64,000 bases of DNA, taken from assembly GCA_002104905.1 (NCBI GenBank), contig MCFE01000222.1, positions 1 through 64,000 on the forward strand. The letters are read 5' to 3'. Shown in pieces: positions 11,107-26,200 of this stretch. The translations under genes and the position numbers were made by a program. Origin of the DNA: Basidiobolus meristosporus CBS 931.73 (lineage: Eukaryota > Fungi > Basidiobolomycota). The first letter of the stretch is position 1. Every line of letters begins with the position of its first letter. Below the pieces are notes generated by a model, which saw only the letters and a list, made by a program, of their open reading frames with translations, had not been told where the DNA came from and ran no database searches.

Positions 11107-13560
11107 TGTTACATGTCTTGACATAAGATTTGTAAAGGAATAGAGAGTTTAGCCTGTATTCTATTCACTATAACTTGAACTGATCTTGATTGGGGATACA
11201 GCAGCACGTTATATACATTCTGCTAGATCAACTGCTAACTAATTCTACTTCCTAATGTAGGTAGTGGTTGATGATGCATTTAATTGCATCATCACCCAAT
11301 TACATCTTTCTTAGTATATCTATTTTGGTCTGATAAGTATCTGAAGAATCTCCCACTGCATAATACCACTGACTTGATAAGTAACACTGATTCACTGATA
11401 GACTAGACATAGAACTAGTTGATTTGACTAAGAACTGATCTGACTTAAACATTCAGGTGGCAGAGTGTATCATTCTGCCCCACCAAAAGTGAAGGGGTTC
11501 TCCTAAATCTCTTTTCCTGTGATACCAAAATCTTGATGGCTCATTGTTGTCAGTAAGAACTGCAAGCATGAGTCTGTCTATATGACCTATATACTCCCAT
11601 ATATTCACTTGTTTGTCCACAAGTTGCTAAGTTGCAAATGAGCATTCACTGATGATCTTGAATAGTATTGTCCACTTTGGCTCATATCTCATCCAAATGT
11701 TATTTCACAGCATTACAAAATTCCCAACAATCAGTGCTTCTGGTGATAAGGTCTTATTAGATCTCTGCTTCATCTTTTCTGAACTTTGAGACACTTAACC
11801 TGCACCTCCTGACATCTTTGCTCCAGTTGCTGATGTCTATTTGGCTTACTGAGTTCATCTTCTGAGGCATCTGTGAGTGTTGATTGTGTGAGATCTCCTG
11901 GTTCACACCCACACACTAAATAAAGTGGCAATTATTGGGTGGTATTGTGATCTCTAACTCTGCAGGCAAAAAGTGCCTGGCTTATATACTCATGCCATCT
12001 ACTCCTAGAAGATAGTTTGCATCAAGGTCATGAATATTGCAAGGGCATTGGTGAGGCCAAAACTCATGACAAAATACCTGTAGTGTCCACATCTGGTGCT
12101 GAATGCTGTCTTAAGGAAGTCTTCTGGTTTCACCCTAATCTGGGTTGTATCCTGACATATGGCCAAGCCTGCTGAATATGGTTGCTGCATTGAGTTGGTC
12201 TATAGGCACATCAATCCAAGGTATGGGGTACTTATTCTTAGCTGTAACTGAGTTGAGGGCTCTGTAGTCAATACAGATCCTAGGTGTTCCATCCTTCTTT
12301 TTCACAATAAGCACTGGTTCTCCAGAAGATGACTTGCTTGGGCTGACATATCATTGCTCCAATAACTGAACTATTTGTCACTTGATCTCTTCCAATTCCA
12401 ATGAGCTTGTTCTCTAAGGTGTCTTGCTCACTAGTGGGCTATCTACTGTGTCAATGGCATGACCCACATTTCTGATTAGTGGTAGGCTCACAAGGTCATC
12501 TAGAAACACATCTGAATACTTCTATAAAAGAGCATGAACCTTCTGGGGTGCTGGGGTTGAGGATTTCTCCTGTAATACCACCATTGGGAATATCTGGGTA
12601 CCTTTTTTAAGTGCTCTATGGAGCCATGTCTTGCTAAGTTCACTTGTTTCACACATACTGGAATTGACCAAGTTGAGATCCAGTCTAAGAGATAGGAGCT
12701 CATCAGTCTGGCTGTCTTTTTGGAAATGGGTAATATGAGTTCTCCAGCTGATTGATGGATTATGACAGAATAGCCATGTTTTCCCAAGTACAAGGTCAAC
12801 CTTGCAGTTGCCAAGTAAATAGGCCTGTAGGTCTTTGTCATAGTCCTTGATCTTCATTCTTATTGATTGAGTAATACAGTTGATTATGTGAGAGTTCCCA
12901 TCAGATGTTGAGACTGAAGTTGATTAGGTGGGTTCCAAGTTGATTCAAGCTTTCAAGGCAAATTTCTCTGATATGCACTCCAGTGATGCTCCTGAGTCAA
13001 TCATGATCTTGGCAGGTACTCCATTGATTACTCCATTCTAGTATAATAGCTTCCTGGGTTTGAGGTCATTTGAGATAATTATTCTTCTGTCATTTTGAAG
13101 GTAAGTTTTAAGCCTTCTTCAAGTTCATCCTCCATATTGCTATGCTCAAGGGCATCAGTATGGCTGAAGGTTCTTGATGACTGGTGTAGCAGACAAATAA
13201 GGTGTTTAGCTAGTATTGTATGCACTAGAGCTAGTACTGATTTTCATTCAGGCTCCAGCTGCTCCTTATACACAGCTTTATGATGTACATACTACCATTC
13301 CAAAACTCAACCTTGGGCAGAGTGGTAATCCACAAGCTTCTGAGTGTTGTTCCTTCACCTATTTGCAAGATCTTCACTCTGTCAGCAGTGAATAAGATCT
13401 AACTCATGTGAAGATAGCTTTTACTTGTTGATTCAGCCTGTGCTAGGCTAACAGCATTAATTGGTGAGAGCCACAGCCTTTCTCATATGCTCCCCTGTTG
13501 CTGGCTTTGGTAGTTTTTCCATTTAGCATTATTATTGGCATGTCTTTCACAGCTACTTAG
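11107..13560 (-). mobile_element. Gypsy-A decayed copy with internal deletion (3' LTR about 11107-11480, IN tail, RT start, PR, gag)
   Basis: Homologous to 34730-38760. RT motif [25 protein letters not shown] is joined directly to integrase sequence near 12000. Confidence 0.8.
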
Positions 13561-13830
13561 ACCAAAAGCTTCCAGGATTTTACTACATCTTTTTCCATGC
13601 TCAATGCAACACTGGTGCATCTATTCTAGCCTGCTTCTCCCTTCTCAATGCTCCTTTGTCTGCATGCCATCTCTTATCCTCTTGAGGATGCCACTGGTTT
13701 TAGCTGTGGCACACTTGTTGTTCTGCCTTTGATAGCTTCTCTATTCCTGAGATATTCATCTACAACTCTAATGCAGTCCCATATCTGCTTATATGTACAG
13801 ATCCATGATATTGCTAATGAGCAGGTAAAG
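13560..13830 (-). repeat. Family D fragment
   Basis: CTATCAAAGGCAGAACAAC (minus) and the adjacent sequence match 1-70 and 39250-39300. Confidence 0.45.
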
Positions 13831-16494
13831 TGCATTGTACTTGGCCTTTATTCCCTATATACATCACACAGCTGGCCATATATTGGTAAGGGAAGTTGGA
13901 ACTTTCAGTTGGCACCAAGGTCTCTCAATATAGTTGGGTCTTGAGTAAGTTTAGGTTTTTCTCCATTAGCATGACTGCCAAGTCATAGTCTATTCTCTGG
14001 TACCTCTTAGGTATATCCTACATATATTTGAACAGACACTAATTGATGCCCTGGGTACATCTCTCAATGACAAAATATTTCCCTTGACACCAAGGGCCCA
14101 AAATTAGACAACTTGAGCTTATTCAATAGGATGTATCCAGTCTCTTCCAATATATTTTAGCTATTGGTAGCAATTTCAGGAACATCAATGTATAGGACTG
14201 ATGAAACCAAATCTGCGCTATTGAGCCTATAGTAGGTACTATAATCAGCAGTGTATCTTTTGAAACTCAGTGTTTTCATAAAAAATGTATCTTGCAACTC
14301 TGGACATTTAGTAATTTTCTGAGAGCATATATATTTTTAAAAGCATGCAAACCAGATGGGAACTACCTTACTCAACAGGCTCATCAGGTTGACACATCTA
14401 CACATTGTCATCAAGCTCACCATGCAAAAATATTGTCTTATATCTGTCAGATAAATAACAAGCTTCAATTCACCATGGAGAAAAACTAAGCAAAGTCCCA
14501 CAAGGTGCAATCACAACATAAGCTGAATTCCAAAAGAGACAACTCTCATTACTACAAGTACTAGTTTTACAGTAAACAAGTTGATTACATTTCCAGGAGG
14601 TGACCAGGTCAGCTAGCATTTACACCTGATCTGGTAAACAGCTACTCATTACTTCTATTTAAGATTGCCACTGAGCATTTGAAACAGAAAAGCCAACTGA
14701 ATAACAGCTAAAAATCCAATGAGTTCCAACATTGATAGTTTCATAGTGCTTTGATGTAGCAGGCAAAGTTAGTTTAATGGAATTGATTTTGCTATTGATG
14801 TAAAAATCTTAGTGTTGCAAAGTTCTGTTGTTGAAGTGTATCCTTTAGCCATGGGTCTTGCTTTTTAACATTTTGTTGTACTATCATTGTTCTATTTTAT
14901 CCCAAATACTCATCTGAATCCAACTGAATTTTGACTTTCTAATAATTTGACCAAGTCTGAAGCTTGATCTTGCAGCAGAACCTTTTACTCCTCAGTCAAT
15001 GCAGACCTCCCAGTTTTTTCTGAGCACTGTTATGAGCCTTTTTTACTGTCCAGGACTCACTGTTATGAGCACATTGGGCAAGGTTACCCTACAAAAAATA
15101 GTTTGGTCACGCAAGTGGATCCACTCTTGATCAGCTTTCAAGATCCGGCAATGATGCCATTATAACATAGCAGTCTGGAACTTTTGACCCTTCTAAGAGG
15201 TTGATGGCTGAATTGTGATAGTACTTTGCAGCTCTTACTGTCAATGAAGTATTGAATCTAATGGTGTCTTAACAATATTATTGCAGGGAGTGCATGGGAT
15301 TCAGATGTCCTGACCCCATCATCATTTGTTTAAAAGGCCCTAACTTGTAACTTCATGCAATAGCTTGATAAGGCAAAGCAGTGAAGTGTTCAAATGGCCA
15401 TTATGCATATCTCTGTTAGTATAATTATGGCAGCTCAGTGCCTTACAGCTAGTCCTGTTTAAGGCCATTGTATTAAATTACCCATTGGAATTTCATTTGA
15501 TACAACTCATTTTGCCATTTATATATACTGTGTGAGTTGTGCTTATTCCCTTCAAAATCCACTGCTAAAATTGGTATTCCACATAGAGTTTAAGTCCAAA
15601 AAGACTATGGCTTTCTGGTTACTAGACTCATCATATGTCCACACCTGCTGCAGTTGATACTACTTTCACCTCACCTTTATAACACTTCAAATTAATACTT
15701 GTAAAGTTATCAATTATCTTTTTGCTGTCATTAAATCTTGCAACAAATGCTAGGTTGTCATCACTTTTGCCATCTATGTCTCTTGAATATCTGTAAAATA
15801 CTTCTTGATACTTAGCTAAGACACTCCCTCTCCCTGCTGGTTTGTAGCCCCAGATATAGGTTCACTCTGGCACTTGTTTGTGTTAGTCCCATGCTGAAAG
15901 GTGACATATTAGCTTTCAGCCTGGAGATACACAGCATATTTTGTACATTTACTACTAGAAGCAGTTAGTTGCTGCATCTAATCCAATCTTACCATTCTTA
16001 CCTAACTAACCCTGTATTGGGGCTTCCAGTATTCTTTGTGCCAAAGGCATGGATGTTGCAGTGTACACATCTGTGCTCTGTTTTCTCCAACTCCTGCCAG
16101 CTCTCCTCTGTAGGCCAGCTCATTATAACTATGAAGTATTCAGAGGTACTATTGTAGGTAACACTGCAATATGGCAGTACATGTAACTCAATTTCTCATC
16201 CAATTTATCTTGTAACTACTCCATGGAGTGCGCACAAGAGGTGAAGCAAGGCCCAGCATGTGCCATACCCCAACCAATAAAGAGTAGAGGATCAATGCAA
16301 AAGCAGTTGAGATATCCTTATGAAGAATAGTATGGTCCTGTTGGTAGATCAAGTCTAGATTAGCCATCAGAGTCCTGCAATAAGGTCATCATAATGCTGA
16401 TGGCTTTGAATTTTTGACTCTCTTCACAATCTGCCAGTGGAGCATGACATTGTTTTGCTATTTTTACTGCCAAATTTGGAAATAACTCTGAAAG

Positions 16495-17163
16495 TGTAGT
16501 GGGGTTGTAGGGATACTCACTGACAATCATACTTACTCCCATATGTTCTACTTCCCTATTTTTCTACTACTCATACTTGAGTGTCATTCAACTTGACTTC
16601 ATTGATCAGTACTACACCATCAGCTGGCTAACTGTATCACCTGCATACTTTACTGCATAAGTTATTATTCACTTGATGTTTGATTAAGCAATGGCAGTGC
16701 TTATCTGAAGGTAGATACCTGGTCCAGTACCTCTAACAGATGAACAAATAGTGTCACCATCCCTACTATCTTCATTGTACCTATTGTTTCCTGATACTAC
16801 ACAGAGCTTAGAGAACTGACCACTCATTGGTAAGATGCACTGTGCCTCTTGGAACCTCTGAGAACCTACATACAACACTCTTGGATCAATCTCATGTCAT
16901 AAATATTTCTATTAGTCTCCAGAACATTCTAGAACACCAAGATTAATAGTTAATTGGCCACTGGAAAAGTATACAAGCAAGACACTGCTTCATCATGACA
17001 TTTTCATCCTTTGTTGTCAATAATCTCTCTTATGGATTTGTGTGCTCACTACTTACTGAGCTTCCATTACCACACCACAGGACTCTTCTAAAAAACCATG
17101 CTGACAGCTAACTGCCTTTAGATGCAAAAACTAGTACTCTATAGCACCATCTGGCACTACTAT
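16495..17163 (+). repeat. LTR-C family fragment, cut by the decayed Copia-1 copy
   Basis: Begins TGTAGTGGGG. Internal segments match 22058-22880, 27572-27817 and 41631-42434. Confidence 0.6.
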
Positions 17164-20100
17164 GGTTGCAATTTAAGAATTGATTTGGATATAAGGAACT
17201 TATCAAGAAATAGTGATAATAGTTGAACTGTTGTTTATTAATAAAGAAGCTCAGTATTTATACCTTTTTAGAAGTAATACAGCTATAACACCAAGTAAGG
17301 TGGGTTACTCAATATTCAGGAGCATTCTGTAACAGCTTTGATAGTGCAAATTTGATCCTGACTATAAGAGAATTATCATAAGATCACAGATCTGTAGAAA
17401 GTTGCAATGTTGGAGCTGCAAATTATTCCTACAGTGACCAAGACTAGTCCAGAACTGTGAAGTAAATTTCTAGCTGCAGAATTACACCAAATAGTCCAAT
17501 ACTTCAGCACTCCCCCCCAACTAAACAATTTCTTAACCCTAATTCCTCCCTGAGATTTTCAAACTGTCACATAGCTAGTGGTTTTGTTAATATACCTGCC
17601 ACCATTTTGTTAGTTGGGCAATACACTAACTCTACTAGGTTATTTACTACAGCTTCCCTTGCAAAGTGTTGCTGCATATCAATGTGCTTAGTTCTGGCAT
17701 GATTAGTAGGATTTATAGCTAATGAAATACAACTATGATTATCATTGTAAATGCATGTTGGTTCATCTGAATTAAAACCTAAGTCTTTGATCAATTTTTG
17801 TAGCCATATAGCCTCCTGAGTTGCTTGTCAAGCAGCAACTTAATCTGCTTCAGTTACAGCTAGGGACACAGTTGGATGTTTCTTGCAATTCCAAGTAATA
17901 GCTGCACCAGCATAAAGAAATACATAGCCTGTGATTGAGCACCTGTCAATCAGATCCCTAACCCAATCTGAATCACTACAACCATCAAATTTTGCCTATT
18001 AGCTGCTCCAGAGTATTCCAGTACCATATTTATGGTACCATTTAGATATCAGAAAATCCGCTTAACTGCTGCAATTTGATCTTAATTCTGCATGAATTGA
18101 CTGACCATTCCAACTGCCACTGCAATATCTGGACATGTAGACACCAACAAGTACATTAGGTTACCAACCACTGATTGATAAGGAATGTTTTGGTTCATAT
18201 TTGAGCCGTTTTTATCTATAACTGGCTGAGATTTGCTAATTTCAGGTTATTGTACATAGGGGTAGCAGCAGGTTTACAATTTACATTTTGATATGCCTAA
18301 GAATGCCCCTGCTGTACTTAGACCAATTCAGCACAGTTTTCTGTGCAAGTATGTCAAATATGACTTTAGTTCCAAGAAAATAGCTCAACTCTCCAAGATC
18401 TTTCATCTTAAACTTGCTAAAGAGATCTGATTTTGTCTGCTTAAGTGCCTTGTAGTCACTTGTAGCTATATTTAGTTCATCCACATAAAAGCTAGGATAA
18501 TCACACCCTTTTAGAGCTGCTTCACAAATATGCTGTGATCTGCAGTGCTAAGATAGAACCCAGTTTCCTCTATATATGTGTCAATCTTGTTGTACCATGC
18601 TCTAGGTGCCTGCTTAAGCCCATACAATAATTTTGTATGTTTGCACACCTTATGGGGGCCTGTTGGATTGGTCAAACCTTCTTGTTGCTCCATATATATA
18701 GTTTCTTGCAAGTCCCCATTCAGAAAGGCTGCTTTGACGTACTTTTTGTGTAGATCAAGACTGTGAACAGCTGCCATTGCTAGAACTGTCCTAACACATT
18801 AAACTTTGAAACAGGAGCAAATGTTTCCTTGAAGTCTACTCCATGGATCTGGGAATAGCTTTTAGCCACCAATCTAGCCTTGTGCTTATTAACCATACCA
18901 TATGAGGTTATCTTGATCTTGTAGATCCATCTACATCTTATTGGCTTTCTCCTATTTGGTAAATCTGCCAGTTCACACGTTTTTGCTTTGATCAGTGGTT
19001 GGTACTCCTCCTGCATGGGTGGTTGCCACATAGTAGCATTGGGACTTTGCATTGCCTGTTCCAGATTCTGAGGTTTGGCACATAAGGCACAATAAGCTTC
19101 TTCATGATCATTGGATGTATACCACCAGGATCCAGGGACATTTCTTATTCTGGTAGATCTACAAACTAGGAAAATCTGCTCTGATCTAGAACTGGTTGAA
19201 GTATCTTCCGTATCTGGCTGAATTTGGTTCATATCTTCTTCATTGGTGTTGATTGCATCATCAAGCAGCTGGCCAATGATTTCTGTGGCTTTCTGATCTG
19301 AATTCTCCTCAAATACAATGTCCCTGCTCTTGATCAGCTTCTGAATATTGCCATCAAACACTCTGTACCCCTTGGTATCTTCACCATGCTAAAGAAAGAT
19401 CCCTTTCCTACTCTTTGGTTCCAACTTTGGGTGTTTTTTGTCAGGGATGTGATAGAAACATCACTGCCAGAGATCTTGAGGTGCTGGAGATCTGGTTTCT
19501 TGCCTGTATAAGCTTCAAAGAGTGTAGAGTCACATAGGGTTGTTGTTGGGCTTCTGTACCTGATATAAACTATGGTAGCAACAAATTCAGCCCAAAACCT
19601 GTAGTCCATTCCCTTATCATGTTGCATGGATCTTCCCATCCATATTATTGTTCTATTTGCACATTCTGTTACTACATTTTGCTGTAGAGTATGAGAAACT
19701 ATGGTCTGTTGAAGTATACCAATAGATGAGCAGTGTTTTGCAAACTCCTTTGAACAGTATACTCCTCCATTGTGACATTGTAGTACCTTTGATTTACACC
19801 CAGTTTGTGTTTCTGCCATGTTCTTGAAGTGCTTAAACAGCTCTAAAGCTTCATCCTTTGTTTTGAGGAGGTACACCCATGTAATTCTTGTTTTATCATC
19901 AATAAAAGTAATAAAGCATCTCTTGGCTGCAAAGGACAGTTTTTCATGGGGCCATCATGTCTGAGTGTACAGTAGCCAATATTTTGGTGGTAATGAAGCC
20001 TTCTGAGCTCTTGAAACATACTTAGCTTGTTTGCCATGTGATCATCCCTTACAAACATTCAATTTGATTGGAGTTGTGTATTTTATGCCCAAAACAAGCT

Positions 20101-21377
20101 GATTTTTAACCTATTGGCACATTTTGTGCTCTCCAATGTGTCCTAGCCTCCTATGCCATGTCTCCCAGTTGGGTTAATCAGTTTCAGCAATATTGACATA
20201 TTTGGGTACAATGATCTTGCATTATAACTTGTGTATATTGTGATCTCTGATTCCCAAAGCTAATTTTTGTCCATTTTCACTGAATATTGAGCAGCTCATC
20301 TTAGTAAAAACAAATTTCAGTCCCTGAGCAGTTGCTATACTGACTGAGAGTAAGTTCTTATCTATTCTGTTGTTAGCTATTCCAAGTACATAGAGTACAT
20401 CAGTGAGTCTTGTTGTTGTTGCCTGTGAGCTATTGCTCATATTTAGTTGTATAGACCCACTTGCGGTAGCTTCTAGAGCAGAGTTATCTCCAAGATAAAC
20501 CATTCTTACAGAAATAGTCTTAAAGTTGCAGAACCACTGCTTTATACCACAAATATGCTGTGAAGCTCCAGACTCAATATACCATTCATTACTTTGGTTA
20601 CTTGCACTCTCTTGTACAGTTACAAATAACAGCTCATCAGTAGTTATATGGTTTGCCTGCTCTAGTTTCTGTTTTTTGTCTGCTTGTTTCTTCTTGCATT
20701 CTCTTGCCCAGTGTTGTGGCTTGTTATAGGAGTTGCAACAACCAGGCTTTCTTTGGTTTTGTTGCTTGCCCTTCTATTCTGAGTGTCTTTCCGAGCTCAA
20801 TAAAGCATTATCTTCAATTATCTCTGCTTGTTGATTACATCTGAGTTCTCCATGGAGAAGTCTTCCTTTGACATAGTCTAATGTCAAATTGTCTTCTCTG
20901 CTTTCAAAGAAAGTATGAGTGGCTCATACTTGTCTGGTGGCTGCAAAGCAGACAGAGTATCATTTTTTCATCATCTACACCAGCATTAATACTGTAAAGT
21001 TCTTCTGCAAGTGTCTCCATTCTGGTAATGAGTTGTAGCATGTAATCATCTGGCTTCTTCCTCATGTTGAAGAACTTTTGTTTTGAATAAAGCTTGCTTG
21101 ATACTGACTTTGCTCTAAAGATCTTCTCTAAGGATTCCCATGCTGCTTTAGCAGTATTTGAGGCATGGATTTGCCCAACGAAGGAATCTTGCACATTGAT
21201 ACATATAGCCTTATTAGCCTTTCTCTCCTTCTATTGACACTTTTCCACTTCTTCTGCTGGTCCTTTGGGCTCAACCTCTTTTACTATTACTATATTCCAA
21301 ATCTTTCTTTCCTCATGGTGGACTTGCATCTTGATTCTCTAAAGTCTGTAGTTTTTCCCATCAGACCTCTCCTTAGT
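17164..21377 (-). mobile_element. Copia-1 decayed copy (3' LTR 17164-17509; 5' LTR lost)
   Basis: Colinear with 23286-27566 (gag, CCHC, PR, IN, RT, RH). PPT complement CTCCCCCC next to the LTR. Numerous stops and nearly no CpG. Confidence 0.9.
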
Positions 21378-21429
21378 CTTTGATAACTCTCTCCTATTAA
21401 ACTAAGTTAGCTATTCATTTCTCCCTTTT

Positions 21430-21960
21430 ACTGAATGCTGGATGGTTCTCTCCCCAGAGTGCTTTATCATGCTTACCCCCTACAAGTGGCCCACTAAATA
21501 AACAGATATTGCCCTTAATGTCACACAGTACTCAAAATGTCAAACAATGGGCCTAATATTTGCTGGAATAACAGAGCCTCTGCCCTCAAGAATATCTATT
21601 AATCCTCACAGGGATGGTGTTCAAAACACTTACAATATGGAATCTGTTGCTGAGCACTCTAGGATAAGCAAGTTTATTGGAGCCTCTGAGCCTAGTGCTC
21701 AAAGCTTGCTCTAAGTCATTAAGATGCTCAGCAAGGTGGCTCTCCACTGGTGTCAGCTGTGAACAAAAGCAAATAAGACTTCTCTTACCACAGATGATAG
21801 GATGAGATCTTGTAGGGTAATGTGTATTGTATTTCAGAGAAGTTAAACATGGGATCTGCTTGAGTAATTTTGGATAGACAGTCTACAGTGTTGGGTTTCA
21901 GCTCTTTGAGTGTCTCAGTGGAGGTTATATGGTGTATGATAAAGGGTCATTCAGATCCAT
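21430..21960 (-). pseudogene. Highly decayed PHIS transposase fragment
   Basis: Aligns by eye with about 44700-45240 in reverse. Confidence 0.7.
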
Positions 21961-22880
21961 AAGTCCAATGAAGACTGATGAGTGACTAAGTGCAAGCAAT
22001 TTATTTGGTAAATTGCAATGTGGTCCATCATTGAGTTGCAAAAACATTCTTGAACAATGTGGTGGTGTATAAGTCCAAGGGAGAGATACGTCCAACACTT
22101 CTCAAGTGTTTTGTGTGTGGGGTGTTCACTGGGTGCAATAACCTCCGGCAAAAGCTTGCTAGGAATACTTGGGTTCTGTCTCTAATCTAATGTGAAGGGG
22201 AATAAAGCCACAAGCTTGTCAAGGGAAAACTATTGAGCTACAATCCCCAACTTAGTTGGCATCTTAACAGAAGTATGTACTGGGTTCAGCGTCCTTTGAG
22301 ATGACAATGTACTAAAGCTTCCAAAGTCAAAACAACTGTAAACTCCACCAGCAGGGACTTGATAAGAATGCAACTGTGGTCAATAGTTACAAAGGCAGAA
22401 AAGTATCTTTGTTTGTACAAGAACAAGCTTGGGAAAGAATCAAATATAATAAAAGATACCTACTCTGAGTATTCCTCACAAGTAGTGCCCCCAAGATCAG
22501 TTGGCTGCCAGCATGGTTTCCTGGGAGTGTCCTGTGGTCTGGGGTTGGAAGTTCAGGTAGCAGTAGGTAGCAGTGACCACACTAATCAACAAGTTGGTAT
22601 ATTGATAAAAGGGATGATGATTTATTGTTGAGGGATAGCCTCCCTTATATACTTTCTTACTGGATAAGTGATTACTAAACATAGTGTTCCAGAAGGTTCC
22701 AGATATCAATAGAAATCTTAATGATATCAGAATATCCTAAGAATGTACTAAGTAGGTGCCGGAAGGTTTTAAGAGGCACAGCACACCCAACCAATTAGGA
22801 ATCAGTATTCTGAAACCTATGTAACATAGGGATACCATATATGGTATGGAAATAGTAGGGGTGGTGACATGGGTTGATCA

Positions 22881-23249
22881 TGTTGAAATATTGGACTATT
22901 TGGTATCATTCAGCAGCTAAAAATTTACTTAACAATTCTAGGCTAGTCTTAGTCACTGTAGGACTCATTTACTGCCTTAACTTTGCCACTTTCTCCAGAT
23001 ATATGATCTTATGATTATTCCCCTATAGTCAGGATCAAATTAGCACTATTACCAAACATTATGTACTAACCCTGAAACTGTTACAGAATGCTCCTGAATA
23101 TTGAGAAACCCTCCCTACTTAGTGTTGCAGCTGTATTACTTCTACAAAGGTATAAATACTGAGCTTCTTTATGAATAAACAACAGTTCAACTATTATCAC
23201 TATTTCTCGATAAGTTCCTTATATCCAAATCACTTCTTAAATTGCAACA
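22881..23249 (+). repeat. Copia-1 5' LTR
   Basis: TGTTGAAATATT...TTGCAACA. Contains TATAAA and AATAAA. Confidence 0.97.
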
Positions 23250-23261
23250 GGTTATGAGCCC
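23250..23261 (+). promoter_or_regulatory. Primer-binding site GGTTATGAGCCC (copia-type, internal tRNA-iMet fragment priming)
   Basis: Directly after the LTR. Resembles the Drosophila copia PBS GGTTATGGGCCC. Confidence 0.8.
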
Positions 23262-23285
23262 CGATTGCCTTAATCTATTCTAAAG

Positions 23286-26200
23286 ATGACTTCTTCCAGC
23301 AAACAAAGCAATACCAACATCTTCCCTGTAAAGGAGAGGTTTGATGGGAAGAACTACAGACTTTGGAGAATCAAGATGCAGATCCACCTTGAGGAAAGAA
23401 AGCTTTGGAACATAGTAACAGGAAAGGAAGTTGAGCCCAAAGGAACAGCAGAAGACGTGGAGAAGTTTCAAGAGAAGGAGAGAAAGGCCTTCAATGCAAT
23501 ATGCATCAATGTGCAAGACTCCTTCATTAGACAAATCCATGCCTCAAATACTGCCAAAGCAGCATGGGAATCCTTAGAGAAGATCTTTAGAGCAAAGTCA
23601 GTATCAAGCAAGCTTTATTTGAAACGAAAGCTCTTCAACATGAGAAAAAAGCCAGATGATGACATGCTACAACTCATTACCAGAATGGAGACACTTGCAG
23701 AAGAACTTTACAGTATTAATGCTGGTGTAGATGATGAAGAAAAGATACTCTGTCTGCTTTGCAGCCTACCAGACAAGTATGAGCCACTCATACTTTCTTT
23801 TGAAAGCAGAGAAGACAACTTGACTTTAGACTATGTCAAAGGAAGACTTCTCCATGAAGAACTCAGACGTAATGATCAAGCAGAGAAAATTGAAGATAAT
23901 GCTTTATTCAGTTCAGAAAGGCATACAGAAAAGAAGGGAAAGCAACAAAACCGAAGAAAACCTGGCTGCTGTAACTACTGTAAGAAGCCAGGACACTGGG
24001 CAAGAGAATGCAAGAAGAAACAAGCAGACGAAAAACCGAAACTAGAGCAGGCAAACCATATAACTACTGATGAACAGTTATTTGTCACTGTACAAGAGAG
24101 TGCAAGTAATCAAAGTAATGAATGGTATATTGACTCTGGAGCATCACAGCATATTTGTGGTATAAAGGATTGGTTCAGCAACTTAAAGACTATTCCCGTA
24201 AGAAAGGTTTATCTGGGAGACAACTCTGCATTGGAAGCTACCGCTAGTGGGTCTATACAACTAAATATGAGTGATAACTCAGGGGCAACAACAGCAAAAC
24301 TGACTGATGTACTCTATGTACCTGGAATAGCTAAGAACCTACTCTCAGTCAGTAAAGCAACTACTCAGGGACTGAAATTCGTTTTTACTAAGCTGAGCTG
24401 CTCAATATTGAGTGAAAATGGACAAAAATTAGCTTTGGGAATCAGAGATCACAATATATACAAGTTACAATGCAAGATCATTGTACCTGAGTATGTCAAC
24501 ATTGCTGAAACTGATGAAACCAATTGGGAGACGTGGCATAGGAGGCTAGGACACATAGGGGAACAGAAAATGAGCCAATTGGTGAAAAATCAGCTTGTTT
24601 TGGGCCTAAAATACTCAATTCCAATCAAATTGAATGTTTGCAAGGGATGTTCATATGGCAAACAAGCTAGGCAACGTTTCAAGAGCTCAGAAGGCATCAA
24701 TACCACCGAAAAATTGGCTATTGTACACTCAGACATATGTGGCCCCATGAGAACACTGTCCTTTGGAGCCAAGAGATACTTTATGACGTTTATTGATGAC
24801 AAGACAAGATATACATGGGTGTACTACCTCAAAACAAAGGATGAAGCTTTAGAGACGTTTAAGCACTTCAAGAACATGGCAGAAACACAAACTGGGTGTA
24901 AATTGAAGGTACTACAAAGTGACAATGGAGGAGAATACTGCTCAAAGGAGTTTGCAAAACACTGCTTGTCTACTGGTATACTTCAACAGACCACAGTTCC
25001 TCATACTCCACAGCAAAATGGAGTAGCAGAACGTGCAAATAGAACAATAGTTGAGATGGGAAGATCCATGCTACATGATAAGGGAATGGACTACAAGTTT
25101 TGGGCTGAATCTGTTGCTACCGCTGTATATATCAAGAACAGATGCCCAACAACAGCACTACGTGATTCTACACCCTTTGAAGCATATACAGGCAAAAAAC
25201 CAGATCTCCAGCACCTCAGGATCTTTGGCAGTGATGTTTTTTATCACATCCCTGACAAAAAACGCTCAAAGTTGGAACCAAAGAGTAGAAAAGGGATCTT
25301 TCTTGGGTATTGTGAAGATACTAAAGGGTATAGAGTGTATGATGGCAAAATTCAGAAGCTGATCAAGAGCAGGGATGTTGTATTTGAGGAGAATTCAGAT
25401 CAGAAAGCCACAGAAATCATTGGCCAGCTGCCTGATGATGCAATCAACACAAATGAAGAAGATACGTACCAAATCCAGCCAGAGATGGAAGATACTTCTA
25501 CCAGTTCCAGATCAGAACAGATTATCCCAGTTAGGAGATCTACCAGAATAAGAAATGCCCCTGGATCCTGGTGGCAGACATCCAATGATCATGAAGAAGC
25601 TTATCTTGCCTTATGTGCCAAACCTCAGAATCTGGAACAGGCAATGCAAGGTCCAGATGCTACTAAGTGGCAACAAGCCATGCAGGAGGAGTACCAATCA
25701 CTGATCAAGGCAAAAACGTGGGAACTGGTAGATTTACCAAATGGGAGAAAGCCAATAGGATGTAGATGGGTCTATAAGATCAAGATAACCTCAAATGGTG
25801 CCGTTGATAAGTACAAGGCTAGATTGGTAGCTAAAGGCTATTCCCAGATCCAGGGACTAGACTTTAAGGAAACATTTGCTCCGGTTGCCAAGTTTAACTC
25901 TATTAGGACAGTTCTAGCCCTGGCAGCTGTACACAGTCTAGATCTACACCAAATGGACGTCAAAACAGCCTTTCTAAATGGGGATTTGCAAGAAACTATA
26001 TATATGGAGCAACCAGAAGGTTTTACCGATCCAAAAAGCCCCCATAAGGTGTGCAAACTTAGAAAATCGTTGTATGGGCTTAAGCAGGCACCCAGAGCAT
26101 GGTATAACAAGATTGACACATATCTAGAGGAAATTGGGTTCTCTTGTAGCACTGCAGATCACAGTATATATGTGAAACAGCTCAAAAAGGGTGTGATCAT

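Noticed and set aside
13830-16490. Possible pogo/Tc1 or other transposase remnant (GRSALTEE, MYRTDETK)
   Set aside because: Only isolated weak resemblances, on different strands and with no continuous frame. Left unannotated.
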